A stretch of DNA of 64,000 nucleotides from Lingula anatina. Its lineage: Eukaryota; Animalia; Brachiopoda. Location: contig CM120641.1 of NCBI GenBank assembly GCA_051362555.1, forward strand, positions 21,824,001-21,888,000, given 5' to 3'. Under the pieces are notes generated by a model that was not told the origin of the DNA, ran no database searches, and was given only the letters and a program-made list of their open reading frames with translations. The translations under genes were made by a program, and so were the position numbers. Shown one piece after another: positions 37,801-52,236 of the stretch (position 1 is the first letter of the stretch; each line of letters begins with the position of its first letter).

Positions 37801-40800
37801 AGTTTTCAGTTTCGGTATCTTATGGCCGCTACACCCGTGAAAATGCACCGATTGACCCCAAATTCACACAGATGAAAGATGACCTGAAGGGTAACATTTT
37901 CCAATAATATTATTGGTTAAGTCTGTGTGGTGTCTGAATAACAGCGCAAATAAATTTTTTTTCGAAAAAAAATTCATTTTTTTGAAAATTTTTGCCCGTT
38001 TGACCTTGAAATAAAGGTCAAAGGTCAAATCCAAGGGCATATTTGAAATCTACACATATGACTTTTGGAAAGCAGTCTGTAGAAATTTTTCCCATAATTC
38101 CTTCCGTAGGGTAGATAATTAGCATTTAATTTTGCCATTTTTGGACAAGGGTGCATTGCAATGAGTGCCACACCTAGACCCCAATACCGACAAAGCCCAA
38201 ATTTTACGTGGAACGAGTTGAGATTATAGGTGACCTAAATCCAAGAGATGGGTATGGGGGCCCTTACCGTCTAGGAGGAGAAGCGGTAACGGTAACATGG
38301 CGGCGGAGCCGCAGGAGCCGGCGGAGCCGCAGGAGCCGGCGGAACGGACCGGACGGGACTAAAACCATGTGTACCGCCAGCGCTAACGCTGGTGGTACAA
38401 TTATAAATGGGAGGGGGGAGGAAGGCTAAAAAATTGTACCAAGTGACAGTTAAACAGTAGACAAATACAACTTTACTATATGTAGAGCACAGGGAGAGAA
38501 AATTTCTTGGTTTTGTTTGTTTTGATGTCTATTAAAAGGAAGAATAGGTACCTCCAAAGCCAAAGAAGAAGTTATTTAAATGCCCCCCCCCCCCAATACA
38601 TACCCATGTTTTGGACCGTTGTCATTGCTGACTCCTAGTTTTGCCAGCTGCTGCTTTAGATGCTGTTTGAAGGCCAAATTGATACTCATGAATAAATCCT
38701 GACAATATAAGGGGAAAAAGCACTTTTAATTCATGACATGCATCTTATGTTGAGCTGTTTTATGAATTTTTAATTGATTTAGTTTATCAGTTTTGATGAA
38801 CCTCTTCAACAAAGTACCTAATTACTGTTACCTGGACTTGTTGTTCTGGTAAAAGTTCATTTATGGCCTCATGGAATTTCCCAATTTGTTTACACACCCC
38901 TCTGAAGCAGGCAGATGGCATGGGTGCTTTCACTTCCCACTGGAGAGGAACAGTAATCAAATCTTAAAGCTACAGATGTAGTACTTACATATATAATGAG
39001 TTACTTCTGCTGAAAGGCAGTTTTTATGTATCTACATAAATGAAATTTTGGGATTGATTAACTTCATATCACTTAAAAAATATATACAACAACTAAAACA
39101 AAATCAATTGAAAAAACGCTTAATTTCTACCAAGAAAATAGACTAACAATGAAGACAGTTGACATTTTATCTCACTTCAAATAAAATTCAAAAAGTGATC
39201 ATTTCAATTCTTTGTTTTGACTGGGCATTAAGCCCAAAGCTTTATTTCGACACCCAAAAACAATTTAATTGGAGTATTATGCATAAAAATTTAACCCCCA
39301 TGCCTCCAATTTTTCACAAATTTTGTCCAAGAGCTTTAATGAAGTTATATCAATGCCATATTCTCCTTCAGAACTGTTAAAGCATTACATATCACTTAAC
39401 CGGAAGTAAATTAGAAAATGTTATTTTGCACTATTTCAAAGATAATAAGTGCACTACTGTGATTTAAAGCCCAGATACACAATCACCTTTGAAAGCTGCA
39501 GCTCAAACATTCCTCCCATGATTGCCACCAATTTATTGGAAATTTCTGATATGTGGTCTTTATAGTCCTGAAAGGGAGAAGACCACTGTGGAACCACACT
39601 CATGACCACAAAGTCATTTATACAGAATTACCCCATGGCTAGTGCTTCAAAAAATAGAATAATTGCACTTGTACTTTGCATACATGCTTGCCTGTATTTT
39701 CATACACTTCAGTGCCTTACAGGTGAAATACAAGTGCAATTATCCTATTGTTTGAAGCCTCCTCCATGGGAAAAGTCAGTTACAACTACTTGTCATCCAC
39801 TACATGGGACATACAAGACCGACTGCACCATGATACAATTACTCTCTTGTATGTGGCATGCAGTGGACGACTCACGTTTCAACTAGTAATTAAAGCTTTT
39901 CCATTTCTATCAATTGTGTTATAATAGTCCAAATATTGTTATTCAAACACAGGTAAAACCTCAGGAAAGCTTACATGATAGCTTATTTGTCATATCATTT
40001 TCTTTTATTATTATGCCATCATAATATCAAATATCATTATGTGTTATTATTATGTATCATAATAATTACACTAAATGTGATCAGCTTCCTAATGTTAAGA
40101 AATTTCTGTTTGTCTGCAGTTTCATTTCCCATGATTCTTGAAGAAAATAGGTTTGACAATATGTTCACACTAACTAAAGAGAAAACCAAATTGAAAGCAT
40201 CCTCAGCCTTCACTAAGGAGTAAATTTACCTTTAAAACTTGATCGAAGTACTTGAGCATATTGAGTTGTTTGGCAGGTAGTCTAATTTCAAAGTGAGCCT
40301 TGGCCATGGGAATGTAGAAAGCGATCAACTGTAGACATCTGGAGGCCAGGGCTGAAGTTGCAGAATTATCAACAACTATACAATGCTCAAGTATGGTTAC
40401 CACATACTCCACGGCAATCGGTAGGAAATGAGGTAAGGTGTTAGTGGTTTCATCTCATTATTTGTTTAGGGTGATTTATCTACCTCTTCATGTTAAACAT
40501 CTAAATTTCATGTGCTAATATTAATAAAGACAGAGTGTCATCAGACTGAAATGGACTTTTTCCAAGGGTGATTAACAAATGAATGCTAAAAATGTTTGAG
40601 TAAGAAATGGCTAATATTTCAGACCAATGGCAGACAATGCATTTCAGACAATGCATCCTGAACACTGAACTTGATCAAATTTTTGGTCTGAGAGATAGGA
40701 TATACATCTGGCCTCAAGTCCTTTATGAAACCTGCCCATGGTGACAAACTCACCTAAATTTTTGGTAGTAATAGTTTTCAGTCCCACAAGCTGCAGTGCT

Positions 40801-43800
40801 CCCGCTCCAAGAACCAGCTGACAGGTACGGGAGTTAAATGTCTGGAAAAAAAATACAATATTTCTGTTTTGAATATTAGTACAAATCCTTTAAAGAAATA
40901 TCATAATAAAAATTATTCATTTTCTAAAATTAAAAACAGTTGGATTATGCAATAAAATTAAAGGGTAATAAATTGTAAAACAAGAAGATAGTACATAGCT
41001 GGTAAAAGTATTTGGTTTGTGCAATAAAAAATAAGACTATTAAAATGGAAATCAACAAGAATAATATTACAGGTAAATAAATATGTAAATGAAAGTTGAA
41101 GGCAAAAAGTACTGAGGTATCTAAATTATATTGTGAAGGAAAGTACTTACAAGGACGTAAAAGGGAAAGTTACATATTAAAATCATTTTACACTATTGAA
41201 ATATTCTGCACTCCTTAAAATCGACATGATATCAATATTATGTGACCCCTGAGAAGGCACCTACATTATGAAGATAAGTAAAAAAAAAAACTGATGATAA
41301 AACCCAATCTCTCTCAATAAAACAACCACTTCCTAAAGAAAACTTCAGGGCCACAAAAAGTTCTCACCTTAAGAATATCTACCAGTCTGGTGAGCATATC
41401 TGGTGTGATGGTGGGGATATCCTCCACACACTGGCAGTATTCCACAATGATCTTCAGCAGTATCAATACTGTCCCCACCACAGTGTACTCCTCACCACCT
41501 ACACGCAACGTGCTGGACGCAGACCTCTTCTCTGGAATTATTGAAATTTCGAGTCCATAACTTTGACAAGTTCATAACAAATTGTAGTTGCACTAATAAC
41601 ATAAAGTAATGTAACATAATTTATGATTTATTTACATACCAATGTGAATTTTCTACAATTATTGAATCTATAATTATTTTTATTTGAACCTTCAAAATAA
41701 TTTTTTGTAAATGCTATACCCCTAAAAACAATAACTGATAACGGATTCTGGCAGATGTTGGTTGGGATTATATAGTCTTGTCACTTACATACCTGTATCT
41801 ACCTTCTTAGCAGGAGACAATTTACCTGGAAAAAAATAAAATGATAGACCTTCCATTCTGAACAGTTTTGAAGTCACTTCATTTGTATTAAGAAATAACC
41901 AGACAGAGCTGCATTTTAATTGCATTCTAGATAACGGACTGAAAAAAAAAGCATTATACTGTGACAACTTATAAGGTGGCTACGGTTCCCAGAAAACTGA
42001 TGACAAGACAGATATTTTGTCCATAACTGTAGCAGTTGCATCCAACAAATTTTCCCAAGGGAATGTTAAGCATATTCCTTAGTTGATAAGATAAAAACTG
42101 ATCAAATATCAACAAAGCCTGGTGATGTCAAATTTGCAATTACCTGTGGCAGAGATGTGGTCTACCAAGTCCTGAAATTCTTCAGGAACGTCTGCTTGTT
42201 TCCACCTCTCAATATCTAATATATTGCTGGAAAACATATGTGCATTCAAAGTTGTATGAGCAGTTTGACCCAGTGAAGAAGGTTGTATGATAGAACTTTT
42301 TTTCTTTTAAAATGAGAATGAAGAGTTGACAGCAAAAGGTCAGATTGGAAGTTTGATAAAGATCACTGCTTTGTTCAGAAATCAATCCCCTGCCAGGCCT
42401 TAATGGGCATGATTGTGGTGTATTGTTTTGATGCAAGTTGCTACATTATATACTCTATCTTTTGAATGGGGAAAATTTTGAAAATGTTCTTATTGAGCAG
42501 TAGAAATAACATTGAAAAGCAAGCTACCTTAAAAATTCTTTATAATAAGTATATAGAAATATGTATTTTAATGATTCCAAAATTATGTATCTGAAAGATT
42601 GAAAATTTTCCCCATTGGAAAGATCTGAATCAATACCAGGGCAATTATGATGGCATTTAAAATGTCAAATATCTCAAGGTAATGTTAATATAAAGGTGAA
42701 ATCATTACCAGCAGAAAATTTCTACAACCAGACAAACCTTAATTTTTGCTTCCTTTCTTCATGAAATCTGTTGACAAAACGGTTTGCCTATAAAGATGTG
42801 GAAAATGATCATGAGAGTGTTATCTATTTGTGAACAATCTTAAGTGATATGCAAAAGGCTTCGGAAAATGTTTAAACAACTCAAATGAAATGAGTGATAA
42901 TGTTAGAGAGTTGCCGTAAATGTAACCTGCCTTAATAATTTACAAGCCAAGGTGCAAATGTGTTATGGAAATGGGCTAGGTTTGCAAAATGTAAGAAGAT
43001 TAAATCTACGATTTACAGACCTGCTTGGCTGCACAATGGGTGACAAGCTTAAGGAGAAACAGCTTTCGAGAATATTTCTACAACATGCCATTAATGTCCA
43101 TGTACATATTCTGCATTCTCTCTGTTGCCTACCTGACTTTGTAAACTTCCTCTAAGAGACATGCTTTTCCTGCCACAGATGTGTTCACACTCACTGGCAA
43201 ACCTCTCTATGGCACTGGCAAGGGTGACAAAATCATTGGAGCCAATCTTCTCCAAGAAACCATCCTAAATATCATAAAGCAATGTTGATTGGATAAATTC
43301 ATACCAAATTACATGCTTTTAATTTTAAGTTAACTGTTCCAAAGCTTTTGATATTGAAAAACACTTTTAAATTATCCAGAGATAAAAGTGATGTAGTCTG
43401 GGTTAAATATAAAACAAAGCGGTGCATTTATTATTATTGTATCATTTAACATAGATTTGACACTGAAAGTTAACAATCTCTGTCACCCTGTACCTTAGCC
43501 CTGGCCACTATAACCTTCACACATCTGTCATGTGCATGTTCACATGTTTGGCACAAGAAGTCTTTGAGATTATTCATAGCTTTCACATACTCTGGTTCTG
43601 CGACCATTATGTCTGCATCTTCATCATGTCTACAATTAACACAGAGACACTGGCTCTCAAGGTTAAAAACAATAATTATCAGAGGCCAAGTGTAATAACT
43701 TTTTTCTCTAAATCATCGCAAGCTTATTCTAGAGTTTTACCATTATCTTGGTTAAAAGATTATGAGACAGAACTCATGCCCAGTGCTTAGTAAAAGGTGT

Positions 43801-46800
43801 GCCTTTTATCTGTTGCTCAAAATGAGTTTGACTTTTAACCAAATACTCACACTGAAACAAACGCACTACCTAGTATTAACAATGAAATGGAATTACTATT
43901 ATTGATACTCACAATGAAATAGACCTGGAAAGAACAGTGCTGCTTTCTTCCTGTTCCTCCTCATCATTTGTATCTTCCCCTTCCTGAGGTCGGCCATCTT
44001 GTATATGTTGAGCACCATTTTCTACCACCTTCCTGTGCTGTGTGTGGACATCTCTCCCAGCAGCCACATTAATCACCTCACTTATCACATCATGGAATGC
44101 CTGTAGACAATAGGCATATGTATCTGTCTTAGCAAGTGGAATACTAGCTTCTATTCAAAGTAAGTTACACAAACTGACTTCTGAGTGTGCAGGAAATTGG
44201 ATCATGGATGTGATTTTTATTCTTATCAAGAACTACAGAGGGGATAATTGAGAGCAGAGAATAGAGAACAATACAAGTCTGCCTAACATATGAATCAATT
44301 AATAAAAATACTTAATAAAACATGAGACTTATGTGAGACTCAGAATTTATGGAGCAATTATCAAGTAATTGATTTTCAACCTAATATGATTTGTCCTGTA
44401 AGCTACAAAAAGAAGACTAAGGGTGTATTCCCAGAACTTTTAGATCGATCTATCCCCGCGGGGAGTCTCACTAGATTACTGTCAGATAATCCGGCTTAAA
44501 TGTCTGTCCCGCCTACTACAAGCTGTAAGGGGGTAATTAACTTTCGTGCTTGCTCGGCTGACTGCTATTTAGTGTGAACCCTCAGGGAGTTAGGTCAATC
44601 TAAAGTAGATCGATCAAATCTCTGGGAATGGGGTCTATGATTATGTAATTAAAACATTCACCTCTGCTTAAGATTGTCTGTTAAGACATAAAAGCAACAG
44701 AAGTAGTATCTATCAAATAAAGAAATTGTTTCTAATATTTCAGTTTGTTCTTTACTGTTTCCCTTTTTTATTTTGCATAAAATAATCCTTTAATAAAAAT
44801 TTGTATAATCACATAATCTAGCTAAAATTATAAAAAATAAAAGAAAAAAAAATTGAATTAAAACATCACCTTCACTCTTCTGAGAATCACTGTAAGATTT
44901 TCAAAGATTTCATTGAGCAGTTCCATCCACTGTGGAAAGTTGAGCAATCTCATCTGGTCTGCCAGGCTGCCTACAGCGCCCTCTACATTTATGTCATCTG
45001 CCATGGAAACAGCTTCAACAACCGTCTGCAATATAATATAGACCATTGTTTGTGTCTTCGTGGATCATTACCAATTAATAACTTAAATTTTGTTACTATC
45101 AAACCAAACCTTACACAAAAACATTCAGAAAGCATTATGACAAAGGAATGACATGCCTACCTGCTTGACAGCTGCCTTCATAGCTGTACAAGCTTCTTCT
45201 CTGTACACATCAATGAAGTTATACTTGTGTTGCCTTAACATACCAAATACTATGGCTACTAATTTTTCCTGCAACAGAAAGAGAAAAAAACACATTTGAA
45301 TCACCTTGAAAATGATTGCTTGACTGCTATCTCCTCATTTTCTCAAGTTTGTGTATTTCTACTTATGATAATGTAAAAGCAGTTTCATAAATATACTACA
45401 TTAAGGGCATGCCACACAGTGGTATCATTGCTACACTTAAACAGACTAAACAATGAATGGTCCAACAATTATATGATAATATAATACATTTTTATGTTAT
45501 CTTTTCTATGGCAGCATGTGGGACTGACACACACTCAAAATACAGACCCTCTTGACATTTTCAATGATCAATAACATGTAAAAATATCAATATCACATAT
45601 AAATATGAAACATGATCAAATTCTACATAAAACTTTCACTCACGCAGATAAACATATACACCGTTTACAAGTTAACTCTCTAATTGTAAATTAGTAGTCA
45701 CATCACCATCAATACCACTTCTATGTGAGAACTATTCAATATATAGTAAGGGAATATAGATATTCAAACAACACTAACATGATTTTCGACTAGCAAATTT
45801 GAAAGCATGTTTTAATGATCTGTATCTCCTTTTGGGCAAATGAGACAAAAATACCTATGTCTGAACTTGCTGTAGGGGTGGAAAAGAACTTAAATAAATG
45901 TATTTGTACTAACAATATGATGAATGAAAAAAAAAACATATTTCCAGGAAAGAAAGATGCAAGATAGACATGGCAAAAAACTCATTGTGTATTTCAGGCA
46001 CAAAGGCTTGCTCAAATCTATATATTGCAGGCCTCAGCATTTTTCTGAAAAAATCCATGGTATTGGGGACAATGTTTATCTGTCAACATTCTTTTAAAAA
46101 AATATTCCATAAAAAACATTTGAAGCATACTGATCCATGGTATTTGGTTTTGCCATGCCTGTGCACCATTCTCTGCAGGTAGGACAAACAACAGCTTTTA
46201 CTTTTACAACTTACATCTGAAAGGTCCTCCACCTCAGTGGGCTTAATAAAAGGTAACAGCAGAATAGATATGGTAACTCTAACATTTTGCTGTTGTTGAT
46301 ATAACATCACATTAATTATAGCTATCATGCTAACTGAGGTATGTATTAGTAGAGGTATCCTGTAAAGCATTTTTACTAATATAATTTTCCTCAAGCAAAA
46401 AAGCAATCTTTTCCAACACATAAATGGCTGCTTGACCCAACCATGCACTTTTCTTGGATGTTTTTTATTAGATAAGTTTGTTTTGAATAAATCAAGATTT
46501 ATTTAGAACACAATCTGTCTTCCTCAATTTTCACAAGACAAGTACTGCCAAGAATTGGACATGACCTCATTTTTCACTTTACAAGAAGAAAATGGTCAGA
46601 GCTGTGTACCAAGTATCACAAATATCATTTTTTTTCTCTGTATTCTGTCGGGATATCTCAAGATGCAAAAGCTGTGATCTTGTGAAATTCTTTTATTATA
46701 ACTTTTATCCTTTCTTTGAGATGTTTAATTGTTTTTATTGTTTTGAAGATCTGACAAATTGGAAAAGATAAAAAGCTCTGCTGGATAAAAAGACTTTGGG

Positions 46801-49800
46801 ACATATTCAAACATGTACAGGATATCTTTAACAACAATGAAGTTTCTCTTTGACACAGATATGAGCCAACACTTAACACAGGCTATCATTTCTTCTTCAA
46901 TATAAAGGTATGAATCTGTAAATTTTTCATTTCCTTATACACTACTTCTGCAATTTTAAAATAACAGCATGTGTGTGTGCATGTGTCCATAAGCAAGCAA
47001 AACAACATTCTTTAAAACAAAAACATTGTACACCTACTAAAGTAACTAAAACATAAAGTTAAACATGAGTAACTAGCAGCAAAGTCATAACATTACAGTC
47101 ACACATGTTAGTAAACAAGGTATCAGTCTCACACAAAGGTTAGTATGTCTTAGATGTATAAACTGGGGCTGGGTAAGAAAGCTGTCTTATTAACAAACAC
47201 AAGTTACCTCGTTTAAAGGTCTTATAGGGTGATGCTTATGCCCCTGCAAGAAGAGGGTTGTCAAACATAAACAGAATACTGTACATATGAATTGTTTTTT
47301 CACTCCACCTGATCAGTAAGAAATGCTATTTGTGTCATAATAAGCTACATTTTGAATGCAGATATGACTTTGGGTTGTAAGAAAACAGTTGAAAGAAATG
47401 GCTCAGGAGCCTTTTAGCCAGGGATCTGGGGGGATTCTTAACACTGGAAACCCACCATAAAATAAATTGGATTTCCAATATAAATCAGAAAAATAAATCA
47501 TATCTGTGAATGCCTAATGCCTGAAAATGTCATCACAGACTTAAAAAAATCAAACTTTAAATTACTTAGCATTTTTTAAACAAACCATATGAGATTTTAA
47601 TTTCCCAAAGTTGAATATAATATCTGTAAAACCTACTACAGATGAATTTTGTCGGTCCTCCAATGGTCTGTTAAGATCTGCTGTGGCATATTTCACAAAG
47701 TCTGCCTGCATCATTTTGTCAATGACTTTTTCCAACTCTGCCAGCTGAGAGCCTAAATGTCTGCAAGGAAAGTGAATGGAAAAACTAGAATGGCATACTA
47801 GAATGGCGTACTAAGCAAGTTTTTTTGCTTAAAAATAAAGTTTTGTGATCAGTAAATGTAATTAACTGTAATAATCTAGGTTTGGTACATTAAATTTATT
47901 TTTTTTGTAACTTAAAAACAAAAAATCATTAAGATCAAGATAATTCTCAGTGGTAAGTAGTGAAAAATTTTATTCTGTTAAATAGTTGATCTGAAAAAAA
48001 AAAAATAGATGCAGTGACATATATAGATCTTACTGAGTGTCAGTGATAAGATCCAAGGTATCTAATTAAAGCTGTGTATTCCTGCCACTTCCTGCGACAG
48101 TACCTCCTGAGTTATGATGATAAGATCTAAGACCCCATTCCCACAGATTTTAGATCGATCTATCCCTGTGGGGAGTCTCACTAGATTACTGTCAGCTTAG
48201 CCGGCTTAAATGTCTGTCCTGCCTACTAAAAGCTGTAAGGGGGTAATTAACTACCGTGCACACTCGGCTGACAGCAATTTAGCGTGAACTCCCAGGGAGT
48301 TAGTTCGATCTAGATGGATCAATCTCAATTTGTGGAAATGCAGTCTAAGGCACCTACCTAAAGCTGTTTATTTCTGCCAGCTCCTGCAACAGTACCTCCC
48401 GAGTTGTGATGATAAGATCTAAGGCACCTACCTAAAGCTGTGTATTCCTGCCAGCTCCTGAGACAGTACCTCCTGAGTTGTGGTGATAAGATCCAAGGCA
48501 CCTACAAACTCATTTGTGGACAGCAGCATTTGTATTGTAGGCTGTGTCTGGTGAATGGTGGCCATCAATTTCAACTGAAATGAAAAAACAGCAGGTATCA
48601 GCAAATAACAGTATGGGTGTTCACCATGCATTGCTTCACAATGGAATTCACAGAAGCACATCCCACAGGTCATCTATAGCATGAAGTAAGCAAAACTTAG
48701 GTACAAATTTATGTAAAAAAGTAGTCAATAAGCAAACAGAAATATTTACCTTGTTATACAACTTGGCGTAATTTGACCTCGTCTTTGTCAGTTTCATAAT
48801 GGTAAGAGGCCCCCTCACTAGTACAGAATCTAGATGGTGAATGCGGTCTCTTTAAAAGTAAAATACCAGTAGTTAATCATTTTGCATTTGCCTTTGCCCT
48901 GACCTATAGGCATATTTTTCAAGAAAAATCACATAAAATAAAGCAGATATTTTACAAGTGTACCTACCTCAAATGTTTAATTGCTGCACATGTTTTGGTC
49001 ATGTATTCTTGTAGTTCATCATGTGATGTCATAGCATGGAAGAAAGCCTCAGACCTGTATGAGATCTGCTTGGCTATCTGAACCTCTACTATATCAAGAT
49101 AGTGGCTCATCTAAAAGAGAAATGTCAACTTCAAAACTAAATTTTGATTTTTTTAGAGTAATATTAACTTTACAGCATGTGCATGTGGGATCATGGTTAT
49201 TCAGTTATTATTAAAAAAGTTTGATATATTTCAAAATTTTATTACAAAAAATATGATAGTCTGACACTTCATACTGTTAACAATTACTTCCTTTCTTTAC
49301 CTGCCTGACTAAAAATGCCTGACTAACACTTTAAAGGTCACAGAAGAACAATTTACCTTTTCCTGTAGTAATTTTGAAGACTGCTTTGGTCCCTCATCTC
49401 CATGGCGTGTAGCCTCAATCTGAGCCCAGGGAAATACGTCATTAAATGTGTCAGGGTTCTCCAGTGAGAAAGAGGGACTAAGAAAGGTCTGCAAGAAAAA
49501 TCAAATGCTATGAATATTCACTCTGCTACAAATATTTATTCACAATCCTTTTGGTTTCAAATTAATTTGATTGAAAATGTTATGTCTTGTGCTGTTTTTA
49601 AAATATGACATACAACATGATACCTTTGTGGCAAATTTATCATTGGATGAAAGTATGTAACATCAAAAAATTTTCCTTACTTTTGGAATCTGATCAAGTT
49701 CTACCCTTGACTTATCTGAAATGGAACCAGGCTATCAAAAACATCCTTATATGAAATATATTCACATTTTCATCATTTTGCCTGTTATTAGCCAAATGTG

Positions 49801-52184
49801 AACCAAGTTTGAATAAAAATTAAGGAATAAATATGTAAGATTAACTCAATTTTTCTGAAGAACACATATATCAAGCTCAACTAGTCAACTAAATGATTTA
49901 CAGAATGAAGGACTCTCACCTCACCTCACCTCAGGTCAACAGTAAACAATCACTTACCTGTCTGTCTGGCAGCTAAAGCAGGAAACAAATCAACAGGAAG
50001 ACAGCTCTTTCCAGCATCAGCTGATGCCACTGGCAAAGTCTCATTGTTCTTCACATGGGTCTTATGTCGCTACAAAATTCAACACACAAACAGTAAGCTT
50101 CATTAAATATTACAGGTTCATTGGTTATCGAATAGCATACATGGTCAATATAGCAAGTCAAATGAATGTATCTTAATAAGATTGGATTATTAAGAGACAT
50201 TTTACTTTGATGTTAACACCCTCCTAACACAGATTTCAATGTTTTGAATTTAGGCATAAATCTGCAGTCAAACTTGCGAAAATGCATCGACTATGGAAGT
50301 CAATCTTATTCATGGGCATCTCAAGTGTGACCGACTTCCATCAGATGGATGCGTGGTACCTTTTATTTTAAAAGAAGTGGTGCTAGCAAGGTTTTATATG
50401 CAGCAACAACAGGGAAGGTTTTGGGCAAATCCAATATGTACAGTTTTGCACTAATAATACACATAAATAAAACATTTGGCTGTGCACTGCTAATTGAGGG
50501 AGTTAAAGGTATTCAGCTAGAATTTAACTGTCTTCATCCTGGGAAAAATAACATAATTGAGTCTTGAAATAATAATGGACAAATCATGCTGATGCTATCT
50601 TTAACTTTAACTCTTGAAATGAAATAAAATTTGTTTGTATTCAGATACCAAAAAAATTTTAGTGTAATAAATAAGAACACTGAAGTCTTACTATACAGAA
50701 AAAAGATACCGGCGACCTCATTTTGCTGATCATTCCCGTTTGCATGTCAAGAAACATTATTACTTGAAAACCACATGTTTTACTGTATGTGCTTCATCTA
50801 AAAGGGGAAACTGACACAAAACTGAAAAGCCTTACAAGCACTATCATTATCTTGTAGCTTTGCTGCAGGAAATAACGAGTATTGCACACTGAAACCTACC
50901 AACTTAGTGTCTGACATTAAAATAATGATTTAACTCAGATTCAAACCCAAGCTTTTAATAGAAAGATAAGAATTGTCAGTTTCAAAAGTTAAGCAAATAT
51001 TTCTTTGATATAAGATCATTTTTGATATATGTGGGATGTCTATTGTGCATTTGGCTTGTTTTACTTACCCGTGATATCTTTCTAATATATCTCATAAAAT
51101 GATCTCTCGTTATCTCAGGCAAGTGGGGAGAAGGGTGAATGTCCGATTTATCAAATGCCTCTCCCCATGTTTTGGTAAAAAAATCTGATTCTCTCTTCAC
51201 CAGTCTTGGGTCATTGAGAGCAGCAGGGAGATTGACCTTGGAGTGGTACACAGTCCACTTGTACTGGTCCTGGACCACAGAGGGCTCGCTGTGGGTTGGG
51301 ACAGGGGTGGAACTTCGCGAGCTGCCACTGCTATCACTGTTCTGACTTAGTGCTTTAAATGGGGCTAAAATACAGAGATTAGAGCTCAACATTTTGCATT
51401 TTTTCTAAGTTATAGTACAGGGGTTATGAGAGTAAACTGTCATAGCCAGTTGTCATATTTTTGGTTCAAAGGTGCATAACATAAATAATGCAATGACAGT
51501 TAAGTAGTGACTTATTGTCTAAAAAAAAAAAAAAAACCCACCATTATATAAAAAATTACAATAAATGTGCATTAAAATCATCATGATTATGTGAAATGTG
51601 TGGGTGAAAACATGACATGTCACCTCATATCAGGCAAGTGTCATGTGCATATGGTACTGTATGTATCCTGAGGGTACTCCATAGTATAAGGCATATTAAT
51701 GTTCTTAAGATTATCAGTCAAAGGATTTAAACAATTTGATTGAAAATGTGGCATGGGAAAATGTAATAAGAGCTACTGTATAAGTGATTTCAGTTATATA
51801 AATCATATGACACCCTGAAGATGAACCTTATCCTCCTGAACTCTGACTTTTCATGAAGTAAGGCATAAAAGACATGCATGTAAGACTCCAAACATGATGA
51901 AAACCAAACCATGCTATTGACCAGTAATCTTAAAGTTACAATAATGTCATCACATAAAATCTCTTGTCTTGTTTTCATATACATTCCTGTGAAAAATCAA
52001 GGGTATCAAAACAATTTTTCCAATTATATTCGGATGAACATATTCCCTGAAAGATTAGTGTATAATTCAGCAACTCTTTTATCATGATGCTAATTTTGTT
52101 TAAAACATGACAACACAATTTTAACACCAGGTACATTTTAGGAAATAAAATATAATAATAATGAAATACAACAACAACAAAAAC

Positions 52185-52236
<52 letters not shown>

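Noticed and set aside
38208-38429. Arg/Ser-rich ORF (RRSRRSRRS), protamine- or SR-like
   Set aside because: Translation of the GC-rich microsatellite at the HINE end; GTG start, no splice or promoter support.
45608-45690. Minus-strand GTGAGT donor (~45643) as a second VPS54 micro-exon
   Set aside because: The nearby upstream AG options give stops or incompatible phase and lack a pyrimidine tract.
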